64,000 nt of DNA from Octopus sinensis (lineage: Eukaryota). Positions 11,813 to 23,316 of the stretch are shown piece after piece; position 1 is the first letter of the stretch, and each line of letters starts with the position of its first letter. The notes under the pieces were generated by a model that saw nothing but the letters and a program-made list of their open reading frames with translations, ran no database searches and had not been told where the DNA came from. The stretch lies in contig NC_042998.1 in assembly GCF_006345805.1 (NCBI RefSeq), positions 175,088,001-175,152,000 of the forward strand, read 5' to 3'. Made by a program: the position numbers and the translations under genes.

Positions 11813-14526
11813 TTATATATATATATATAACATATCCTGAGCTGACAGAGACTAACACATATTTCTCTGTTACTTATCTTTTAAAAAAATTTTATTTATC
11901 TCCACTTTTCCCTTGTAACTGTGTTTCTGAAGTACTTAAGCTAAAAACGTCAAAAACATTTCTGTTCAAAATTCTCATTAACTTTTAAAATAATAATTAC
12001 ATTTTGTTTTGCTCTGTCTTCACTTTATTATTCTCATCCTTAATTAAAACACGCACACACATAGTTTTTGCATGTGAGTATGCAAGGAAGAAAAAAAAGA
12101 ATAAAGATGGTGAGAAAGCAAGGAAAGTAACTCTTGAAATTTTGAAGATAAATTTTAAGTGTACATTACATACTGCAAATACTCACACACATAAATACAC
12201 ATGTCTTTGAGGCTGCATATGAAGGTACAAGGAATAAAAAGAGTTTGGACAAATATATGGGAAGTCTGTAGAATTAATTAATGGCCTTTATGTGTGTATA
12301 TGATATATTGATGTGTGTTTATTTGGTGTAGAACACAGATGTGATTTATATATCTGGAACAAATTTGAAGTGAATAATGTCTGATAGCTATAACTGATGC
12401 TATAGAAACAATTTTACTATTGTTAAAACCATCTCTGGTTCGTTAGTTTTCTTCATAGTTTTCATTTACCCACTCTTTCTGTAAACTCTTCTGTTACTGT
12501 TATAAAAACATGGGTAGAGAGAAAAAAAAATAAAACAGTTTATTATGAAAATAAGTCCATTATAGCAATCTCTTTGTCTCTATAGTTTTACTGGTCTTGT
12601 GTGAAATTGAAACTTTGCAATTTATGTAAAGTTTAAGTAACCCATGACAGTGTGCAATAGGGATTGAAAAAGTAATTGAAGAGGTTGACAATGATGATGG
12701 TGATGACGGGGGAAGTTGTATATATAGTAAAATGCGTGTTTGCTATCATTTGTGTGTTTGTGAGAGAGGGGAGGGGCCAGCTAAGAAGTCTATTGCTATT
12801 ATTGCTAAAAACACAAGCATCATTTCCTCATTTGCCTTTTTTACTAAAATATAGAACTTTTGGAAATTAATGGTGTTGGTTTTGTTGCGTATTCCGTATT
12901 CTACCCAAATTTGTTGCATCGAACAAGCTAATGGGGCATCAAAGATCAACTCATAGACTCCAAGCCAATGAACAAGCCTCTACGTGGTCACTCAACCTGC
13001 TAGAAATAGCACTCAACTATTCCTCAAATCACACTCAACCATCATTGGTTTTAGAATGTTGTGCTATTGTTCTATTTTGACTCAAATTAAGCCTTGATTG
13101 AACAACTTATGAACAATGGCATTCCAAATGTGATCAACACTCAATTTTTCTTTCTTTTTTTGTTGTTGTTGCATATTTAGGACTATATTGCTCAGTGTGC
13201 CTTTTCTTTTTTAAGGTAGTATAGTGTTTGGGCAATTTACCTGCTATTTCTTATAGGTTGAGTGACTACATAGTAGCTCCTTTTATTTTAATTGATTGGT
13301 AATGTTGCTAAATGTTGGGATGTGATGAGCAAGTGGTTGTAATGTTTTAATAGTTTTAACTTCTCTTCTTTGTTGTTATTGTTTCACTCTGAGTCAGTCC
13401 TGACCATGTAGAAATATGATCAATAGCAGTCTTGCTATAAACATCTCATTTTCCTTTTTTTTTTGGACATGGTGTATTTTGTATTACAATGCCCAATATG
13501 TCCCCCACTTATCTTTTAAAGACAGTAGGGGTTTGATTTGAGTGGGATTTGGCTACTAATTGTGGCAAGTTAAGTAGTTGTTATATGGTGTTTAGATTTA
13601 AGTATTTTGGTTTTAGTATGATAAAACAACAATGAATACAGAATGGTTGCTATGATAGTGTTCTAGTGAGGTGCTCTCAACTTAGTCTTTGTGTTTTGCA
13701 TGAGTGCCTAAATGGGGACAATCCTTTCTAAATGGGAGACCATAAGGAAGAATGCTTTGCAAGCAAAAAATTTTAGTACAGCTGACATTTTATTAAAAAT
13801 ATGTTTTGAATAGAAATGCATTCTTGGACAAAAAGGTGCAAGTTAAAGATTTAAATTGCTGAGAATGATTCCTTGCACTGAAACTCTATCTTCCTGGGTG
13901 CAGAAGAGACCTCATCTATACTGGGAAGATTCACTAAGAAAAAGAACCAAATTTTGGTATAAGGCCAAAAAAAAAATTTATGTATTTTCAACTATTAATT
14001 ACATCCTAGATGTTATGTGAATTGTGCTATGATTTGAGTGACTTCCCTTGATATAAAGGGCATGCGCATTTGATGATCTGAGAGAGAGCTGCCATTTTGA
14101 ATAACATACATTGAATTGAGAATATCGTTGTTATAAGACACTTATTCTTCTAACAATCATTGACGAATACTCTCAGTTTCTGTTTGGTTATCTGACACAT
14201 CAACTCAGACTGTAATAAGATGTTTTACAGACTTGTTTTCAGTTTTTGTGTATGCTCATTTATGTACATTCCGATTGTACTTTCCAAGAAAGAACTCATA
14301 TTTCAAAACTGTACAAATTTCCAACTTATTTATCTCTAAACGAAAATAAGAAAAAACAATTTATAAATACTTTATAAAGTGCAAAATGAGTTAGAATAAA
14401 CAAAAGATAATGATTGTCAAAATATAATAATGGCACAAAATGTGCAGCTATCAAAGTTTACCATATACCTTACTACAAATTTCATACTTGATGACCTAAT
14501 AATTCTGCCAGCTCACTGCCTTTTTA

Positions 14527-14725
14527 ATAAAAGTAATCCTTTCTACTATAGGCACAAGGCTTGAAATTTTGTGGGATGGGGCTAGTTGATTACAACAGCC
14601 CCAGTGCTCAACTGGTGCTTATTCTATTGACCCCAAAAGAATGAAAGGCAAACTCAATCTTGGTGGCATTTGAACTCAGAACGTAAAGATGGATAAAATG
14701 CTGCTAAACATTTTGCCCGGTGTGC
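14527..14725 (-). mobile_element. Degenerate copy of the tRNA-derived CORE-like SINE
   Basis: Reverse-complement match to the 34342/41743 SINE (aaaggatgaaaggcaaa...atttgaactcagaacgtaa). Other decayed copies lie near 16630(+), 20925(-), 26020(-), 35930(+), 45505(-), 53615(+), 54620(+), 61430(+) and 62850(-). Confidence 0.65.
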
Positions 14726-14733
14726 TATCAGTT

Positions 14734-14770
<37 letters not shown>

Positions 14771-15386
14771 CGACATGATATGTTAACTTATCTTTTATAT
14801 AATGCTTCAGGAATATGTCTACTGCTGATTCAACATTTAAACAATTGTAGTGATATGCAATAAAGCATATAGTCCAATTCATTTACTATTATTCACATAC
14901 ACACACATGGAGATTAATTCAGCTCAATAGATTTAATCAGTTCAGATCACTGTTGATGCTAGTCATGCTGGAGTAATACTATATAGTAGTGAATTTTGTT
15001 TTGTCTAATATGTACATATGCTTATTCTTTGTTTTGTCTAATATGTACATAGGCATATTCTTTGTGTCTCAGTGTAATACAAGAGGTTGGTATAAACTAA
15101 TTGTAACTGTTGGAGATGGCTGGTCTGGTGTTCTGTATCATAGTAATTCCTGGTTCAAAGAAACTAATTTCCAGTCATAGTTCACAATGGTAAAGTGTCT
15201 TATAGTGTTATCTATGATATTCTCGATTCAGTGTATGTTATTCAAAATGACTGCTCTCTCTGATCATTAAATGTGCATGCTCTTTATATCAAGGGAGGTC
15301 ACTCAAATCATAGCACAGTTTGCATAACATTCACTCCCTCCTAAGAAAATAAAAAAAATTTTTATAGATCAACTCACTCAGAGTAA

Positions 15387-16450
15387 AAGGTAGACTATAT
15401 GATGCATGTGTACAAACAGCCAGGCTACACGGCAGTGAAACATGGGCTGTGACTGCTGAGGATATGCGTAAGCTCGCAAGGAATGAAGCCAGTATGATCC
15501 AATGGATGTGTAATGTCAGTGTGCATACTCAACAGAATGTAAGAACCTTGAGAGATAAGTGGGACCTAAGAATCATTAGATGTGGTGTGCAAGAGAGACG
15601 ACTGTGCTGGTATGGTCATGTGGCGAGAATGGATGAGGATAGCTGTGTGAAAAAGTGCCACACCCTAGAGGTTGAGGGAATGTGTGGAAGAGGTAGACCC
15701 AGGAAGACCTGGGATGAAGTGGTGAAGCACGACCTTCGAACATTAGGCCTCACCAAGGAAATAACTAGCGACCGAGACTTTTGGAAATATGCTGTGCTCG
15801 AGAAGACCCGGCAAGCCAGATGAGACCATAACCCATGGCCTATGCCAGGAGCATAACCAGCCCGCTTATGTGTACCTTTTCCTTCTCTGGTCACTAAACT
15901 TTGCTTGCGAAGACCTGTTGAGGCAAGTGAAATCAAAATCAAAATTAAAATCAAAATCATTTCGATGACCGGCATCTGTGCTAGCAGGGTGCAAAGAGCA
16001 CCATACGAGTGTGATCATTGACAGAGCGGCTATTTGAGTATGATTGTTACCAGCGTCGCCTTATTGGCACTTATGCCTGTGCTAGTAGGGTGCCAAGAAC
16101 ACCATCCGAGCGTGATCGTTGCCAGAGCAGCCAATTGGCTTCCATACCCGTGGCACGTAAAAATGCACCATTCAAGCATGATCGTTACCAACATCGCTTC
16201 ATTGGCACATGTAAAAAGATTCGAGCGAGGTCATTGCCAGTACCGCCTGACTGGCCCCCGTGCCAGTGGCACGTAAAAGCACCCACTACACTCTCGGAGT
16301 GGTTGGCGTTAGGAAGGGCATCCAGCTGTAGAAGCTCTTCCAGATCAAGACTGGAGCCTGGTGCAGCCATCTGGTTTGCCAGCCTTCAATCAAAATCGTC
16401 CAACCCATGCTAGCATGGAAAGCAGACGTTAAATGACGATGATGTTGATG
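15387..16450 (+). mobile_element. 5'-truncated RTE-clade LINE: ORF2 C-terminus plus long 3' UTR and (GAT)n tail
   Basis: GRLYDACV..LHGSETWAVT..RRLCWYGHVARMDEDSCVKKC..GRGRPRKTWDEVV is a typical RTE C-terminus. The 3' UTR has repeated ggcacgtaaaa motifs and ends gacgttaaatgacgatgatg. Confidence 0.85.
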
Positions 16451-17651
16451 ATTGCCAGACATTTACAGTTCCAGGCTGGACAAGCTACCGCTGAAATGGC
16501 AAAAGTGTATTGACAATATGGGTGCATACTTTGATGAATAAAACTATCCCTTGTATTTATAAAACATTAGCAAACTTTTATATCTTTTCTACAAATTTTG
16601 TACTTGATGACCTAATATTAGCATGCTGGATGAAATGTTTGTGGTATTTCGCTTGTCGCTACGTTCTGAGTTCAAATTCTGCCAAGGTTGATTTTGTCTT
16701 TCATCCTTTCGGGGTCTATAAATTAAGCACCAGAGAAACACTGGGGGGTCAATGTAATCAACTAGTCCCCTCCCCACAAATTTCAGGCCTTGTGCCTCCA
16801 GTAGAAAAGATTGTTGTTGCTGTTGCTGCTAGCAGCAGCAACACTGGTTGAATATGCATCTTCAGGCAGGCAGGCATACACAGAGTTTGCTAAATCATAC
16901 ATCTCACTGAAGATATTCTAAACAGATAGAATTTTACCTTTTAATCCCCTTGATGTCCAAAAAGTTTCTTTTTTAAGACAACCACTTATCACAGTATGAT
17001 ATATCTTCCTCTACTTGAGGATGTCTTGTTGCTGACTTCATTTATGATATACAAGGCATATCCAGTGTTTAGTATCTTTATTGTTTTAAACCATTAAAAA
17101 AAAAAACTAATAGAAGAGCATACACATATGCACACATATAAAACTAAAGCTGTGTTGGGGGTAAGCAGTGAAGTTTGATCTCAAGACCTTTGAGTTGCAG
17201 ATACATTTCATCTGACAAGTTTCTACTTAGATTCCATCTACCCCAATTCCATTCACAAGGCTGGGGCCATCCCAGGTCTGTGGTTGAAAACAGTTGCACA
17301 TGATGTCACATAGTGGGTTCAAACTTGGTCCTTCATGATTGCATGAATTCCTTAACCACACAACCATGCCTACAACATACACGTGCACACACCATTGCAT
17401 TGATTCAATAACTGTACTGCTTAGATGCTAACACATGGCTTGTTACCAAGAATTCATAACTTGTCATTCTTGAGTTCATGTTGCACTACAGACATTATAC
17501 TAACATTCTTAATCAAGATACCCAGTTTAATTTATACCTGCTAACATAGTTGGAAATAATAGCAACCAATTCCCATATATTGCCAATTGTTTCCAGAGTA
17601 ATTTAGTATGTATTTAAGGAGTAATATATAATAAATATACTATAATGTATT

Positions 17652-17865
17652 ACAGAGATGTACTTGCATAGCAAGTGACCTGATCTGAGATCGTGTGCTG
17701 GAATGAAAACAATTGCAGCGTGGAAGGTGTTTATAAGCAGCACAGAGTTTTGTCAGTGAACAGGTCGCGATCTCAAAGCAATGAAAATATTTTGACAAAT
17801 CAAATTTAAATGTTGAAGTGAATCTAACAGTTTTAGTGTGTTTCTTAAATGGCTTATAAACACCT
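17652..17865 (-). mobile_element. PLE-type inverted insert, copy 1 of the G3:C8 hammerhead family
   Basis: Shares the end cagagatgtacttgcatagcaag with the 50738 and 52057 copies; has an internal inversion; TSD ACTATAATGT at 17639-17648 and 17866-17875. Confidence 0.7.
17749..17799 (+). ncRNA. Hammerhead fold, G3:C8 variant, stem II damaged
   Basis: TTTGTCA-GTGAACA-G-GTCGC gatctcaaa GCAAT-GAA-AATATT-T-TGACAAA. Confidence 0.55.
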
Positions 17866-18242
17866 ACTATAATGTGTTTAGGGAGTAATATATGACGTAC
17901 AAATTATCAAATGTTCATAGAGTGTTATAGTATGTCATCATTATTTAACATTCACTTTTTCATGCACAATAGTCTTCTTTCAGCTTCTGCCTATCAAATC
18001 CACTCACAAGGCTTTGATCAACCCAGGGCTAATAGTATACCATGTACTACAGCACACTATGGGCAAGTGGGACTTAATCTACAATCACATAGTTGGGAAG
18101 TGAACTTAACCACACAACCATTACCTGTGCCTGTATATTTATATATAAAACCTAAGTTAGTTTGACATAAACATAAATAGTATTGTATGAAATGAAACTA
18201 TTAGTAGATACTAATAATATATCTGAGGTAAAGAAATAAATA

Positions 18243-19410
18243 TTGGGTCATCCCATAAATAATGCAGTTTTTTTCAATTGCATGAACTAAAAGTTGGAGG
18301 GGATTGGGATAAATTACCTGCATCAACTTGCTATAAAAGCAGGTAGTAATTTTACCTTGTACTTATTCTTAGTGCAAATTTTGAAGAGTGCAGTTTGATT
18401 CTAACAGTTATTTTTTCAAAGCTATAATGGAAGTGACAAAGGAACATATTCAGCATAATTTGCTTTATGAGTTTAATAAAGGTATTGGAAAGTGTGAGGA
18501 ATATTAATGCAGTATATGGAGGTTGGACAAGAAACACAAGTCAGTGTCAGTGGTGGATCCAGAAATTCTAAGCCAGAAACTAGTCTAGATGACGAGCCTC
18601 GTCCTGGAAGATCTGTAGAGCTTGACGAGCGTGTCCTGCAAACCCTGGAACAAAATCCCATTGTAATTGTTGAGGAACTAGCAGAGAAGCTTGGATTTGG
18701 TCATTCAACCATTCATTGACTCCTGCATGCCATTGGAAAAGTCAGCAAATTGGGTCAAAGAGTTCCTCATCAACTTTCCGAGTCTAATTGCATGCAGAGA
18801 GTGTATGTGTGCTCTTCTTTGCTGTCACGGCTCAAGAATGAACCTTTTTTTAACCAAATAGTGACTGGTTATGAGAAATGGGTGCTCTATAAAAATGTCA
18901 AGTGCCAAAGACAGTGGGTAGGGGAAGGAGAAATGCCAGCACCTCAAGCTAAAGGTCTTCACCCATGTAAGGTGTTGTTATCTGTTTGGTGGGATATGAA
19001 AGGTTTAGTCCACTAAGAAATTTTAAACCCTAACCAAACATAACAAAGGAAATCCACTATGAGTAGCTTGAGCGGCTTAAGTCAGCGCTAGAAGGAAAAC
19101 GACCATCTTTGGTTTCAAGACGAATGGTATTCTTCCATCAGGATAATGCTTGGCCACATACAGTGAGGATGACATTCCAAAGGGTGGAGCAGTTTGAATG
19201 GGAAATGATGCCCCACCCACTATATTCGCTGGAAATTGCCATATCTGATTATCATTTATTCTGAAGTCTTCAAAATCATTTGGACAGAAAAAATATGAAT
19301 TCTGTAGATGAGATCAGAACAGTACTGGAGTAGTATTTTTTGTCATGGACAAGTGAATTTTGGAAGAGGGCCGTATAAAAAAAACTCACATTATTTATAG
19401 GATGACCCAA
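18243..19410 (+). mobile_element. Full-length non-functional mariner (D,D34D type) transposon
   Basis: TA flanks at 18241-2 and 19411-2. 22-bp TIR TTGGGTCATCCCATAAATAATG with 1 mismatch. Transposase motifs RVPHQL (WVPHEL), VTGYEKW (first D lost), SVWWD, HQDNA and AISDYHLF, with stops and frameshifts. Confidence 0.92.
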
Positions 19411-19551
19411 TATAAACAAAGTTGTCAGTATCTCTCATTCAAATTCATTGTCATGAGACTATAGCATTATTAAATTTAACACAATGATATGCAGTTGGTG
19501 AAGTTTGTACTACAACTTATATGATTTGATAATGTAATATTTGAACTCATG

Positions 19552-19607
<56 letters not shown>

Positions 19608-22600
19608 GGTTTGCTATTGAAGCATAACTGCTGGTTTAACTATTTAAATACCAACAAACCTGAAACCATTTTTAGCTTTATGGTATAAAATTCTATCAGT
19701 GTTCATATTTTAAATTAGTCTTCCATCATGATTTTATACGAGATCATTTTCCCCAAACAACAACTCGTTAATGAAAATGTTGGTTATTGTAGTAAATCTT
19801 CTTTAACTCTTGATTATTTTCAAATTAATTAATTAATTTCAAAATTAATTGAAATTCCTAGAAATGTGGTCACAAATGGATTAAATGCATATATATTGTA
19901 CACATAGTCTTCCATCATAAATGCCATGTATTAATTAATTCTGTAAGTGCAAGGCGACAAATTTACAACATGGTTTCAATTCTATGGTGAAGTACAGACC
20001 AGCCTTAACATTTAGTGTTTATAATATTACTGTTGATGTTAGACATATTCAATTATATAGTCAGGGGAAAAAATTATGAAACTAAGAAAAATGAGATCTC
20101 CTGAGATTTAGTGATACCTTTCCTACAAGTAAAGATAGGGTATCAATAAAGCTGGTTATGATCTTTTTGGACAATTACCACTGCCCTGAGCCAATGAGGG
20201 AGCCTCATTGTGGTTGTTTGGATTGGATTGGAATAGATTGCCCATGTACTGTCCACTGTAGAACAAAGGCCTCATCATGTTCTCTCTACTCAACCACAGT
20301 CTAATGTAGAAGTCATGAATTTGAGCTTGAGTTTATACTGGTTTGCTCGACTGCTAGAAATAGAAGCTAAATCTCCCTCAAATCACTTCCTACTGTCTTG
20401 AAGCTACAGTGAGAGATTGGTTAATGTAGCCTGAGAGGCATTCTCTGAAAATATGATGGGATGGTCATGATTGGAACACTTGATCATAGAGTAGCTAGGT
20501 CACACTAATCTGGGGGTTAAACAATAATTATACTATAAACAAGATAGTGTAAGTAATTACACTACTGTGTTAGTCAGAATTAACTGGCTTTAATAGTAAA
20601 GAGATTAAAATGATTTGGATATATCAAGTTAATACATTTAAGACAAAATCTTGTAACACTAGTCATTAATTCTTGATGCTTCAAACATTATACTTTTATG
20701 GGAAGAAAATGACAAAATTGAAATTCTGGACAGTCTTTAAACATTCTTTGCATTTTAACATTCTTGCATGCAAGCAATTATAATAACTGGCTGTTGTTGC
20801 ATAATTTACATTTAAATAATATATTAGCTCGTGTTGTGTTTGCTGTCAGATTAATGGGATAGTGTTGAAGTAGGAGGCAAATTGTATATGAAGAGTAACA
20901 GTAGGAATAAAATGAATATTCTTTTCTACTCTAGGCACAAGGCCCGAAATTTTGGGGGAGGGGGCTAGTCGATTAGATTGATCCCAGTATGCAAAAGGAT
21001 GAAAGACAAAGTCGACCTCGATAGAATTTGAACTCTGACCATAAAGGCAGATGAAATACCGCTAAGCGTTTTGCTTGGCATGCTACTGTTTCTGCTAGCT
21101 TGCTACCTTAGGAATAAAATGAATAGTAATGAAAGAATGTGTTTATTTTAATTCAGTTTAACTTTCATTTTAGTTCCTGTATAGTATATTACATTGTACA
21201 AAAGATATACTCTAAAATTCAGTTTCACACACACACATACACATAAAGTTAAATATATGTCCAGTCATAGTCACCAATGGTTTCACTCTATGACCAGACA
21301 TATATTTAACTTCATGTAAATACATTACTGCTCTAACTTTTAGAGTGCCCTTCTTTTTTGGATATATGATCCACTGATATATATATATATAATTAGAAGA
21401 CAACCCATTTGTGTTTTTATTTTATGCAAACACCATACCTGGAACTTGTATTGGATTGTGAACTTGCATGCCTGTGTACATAAGTATGTATCTACATGTA
21501 TATTTATATGTATGTGTGTATTTGTGTGTACATATGTAGGTGTAAGGATATGTCCATATATGCATGGGTGTGTATGGATGTATTTCTATGTGGTATATAC
21601 ACATATGTACTGAACTCCACCTTCTCTTGGTTTCCTGCCTGCTAAAGTACGTTGTCTCAAATGAATCCTACAAATAATTATAAACATACATGCATGCATG
21701 TATGTATGAATGTATATCAGACTGGAGCCTAGTGCAGCTTGCCAGCTCTAGACAAACTGTCCAACCTATGCCAGCATGGAGAATGAACGTTAAATAACGA
21801 TGATGATGATAATCACACACACACACATACTCATATATATGCACACAGAATACATCTTGCAGTATAGAAAATATTTTGTAAAGTAAAAAAAGAATTTTAT
21901 ATTTAATTTCATTCGAACATGTGTACCCTTCTGATAACATAGATATACTAGTGTGTATGTGCACATGCACACACTAAGAAAATTTTTTTTTTTTTTTCAT
22001 TTTTCCCCTCTATCAAACATAGTTCTTACCCTTAAGTAAACTGAAAACATCTAATATTTTCCCCTGTATATTGATAATTATAGGGTTAAAATGTATTGTG
22101 AAAAGATAGCTTTCATTACATACTATGTAATAGTATATATAAAGATATTTTAAAAAAGAAAAAAAGGAAGGAAATGAGAAAATTTGCTCTTGTAAACCTA
22201 TACTGATAGGTTATTATAAAGAAGGTTAAATAGATGATAATTGGCTGATGAAGAAGATATCAATTTGATAACGTGATAGATCTATTTTAAACAGTACTGA
22301 AAATTGCATGAATAGCCATCACTCTTAAATGAAGTATAAGCCTCTATTATATGACTTTGATTAATAGGTTCTAAAGATAAAAGACTAACCTAGATTATAG
22401 TCATATCTGTTTTTGACAGATTCCCATCTCTTTACTGCCTTATTATTTATTATCTATTAGGAAATGTTATTAAATTAAACCCTTTTGTTAATGAAATTAA
22501 TAAGCTGGTATATCATTTTGTTTTAGGTATCAGCTAATACACTGATTTCACCATGTCTGCTATTGATACTATCAACATAGACTTGTTTTCAGTTCTCTGG

Positions 22601-22880
22601 AATAACAATCCTGTGAAAAGGTTGATAGTGTTGAACCCTGGTGACATAGTTGTTAAAGAAATCTGACTGGGTCAACAAATCTTGTTCTAATGTCACAGTT
22701 GATTAAAGGGGTGGCGATAGATGTTAGAAATGGTAGAGTGTTGATGAAAAAAGTATTTAGTTACATCATTTATGGTCTGAGTTCAAATTCCACTGGGGCT
22801 GATGGTGACTTTGCTTTTCATTTCTCCTGTGTCAGTGAAGTACCAATTGTATCTTTTTCAAGTGGCCACAACTGAGATGT

Positions 22881-22940
22881 ATGATAATGGGAGCAGAGAT
22901 ATCTAATCTGCTCATTAGATATCTCTGCTTTCATTAGCAT
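22881..22940 (+). other. 60-nt near-perfect hairpin
   Basis: 26 of 27 positions pair (2 G-U, 1 mismatch) around a 6-nt loop CTGCTC. Confidence 0.8.
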
Positions 22941-23098
22941 TGGTAAATCTTTAATTTCATGTAGTGTTATATAACTGGGAGTTGTGAATTCAGTATTTGA
23001 AGTCTTGTGCCTTTGTTAGAATTCAATATTTATCACTATAGGAGAAACATTAATTTGACTCAGTTAACAGGGTTTTGTTTGACCAAGTTGCTGCCTAA

Positions 23099-23316
23099 CC
23101 ATTTAGTGATCTTTGTTCTATCAAATGTAATGCTTATTTATTTATATTGTTTTGAATTTATCATACATTAATTATTTCATAGCTTTGAGATTTCAATGAT
23201 GTGATGATTTTTAGTATGACATTGCAGAGTATGTGTGAGAGGCCAGATCTAGCTGGTTTGATCATATAGCAGGTCAAATATTTTGGCCAGATATGGCTGA
23301 TTGAAATCCTAAGGGG
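23099..23316. mobile_element. Decayed piggyBac-type MITE, same family as 62382-62603
   Basis: Shares the body (tcaaatgtaatgc...gtgtgagaggccagatct...tatggc) and ends ggg-TTAA. Confidence 0.6.

Noticed and set aside
14050-14345. Mild CpG excess with a YY1-like GCTGCCATTTTG motif
   Set aside because: A single short motif and weak enrichment are not enough for a promoter call.
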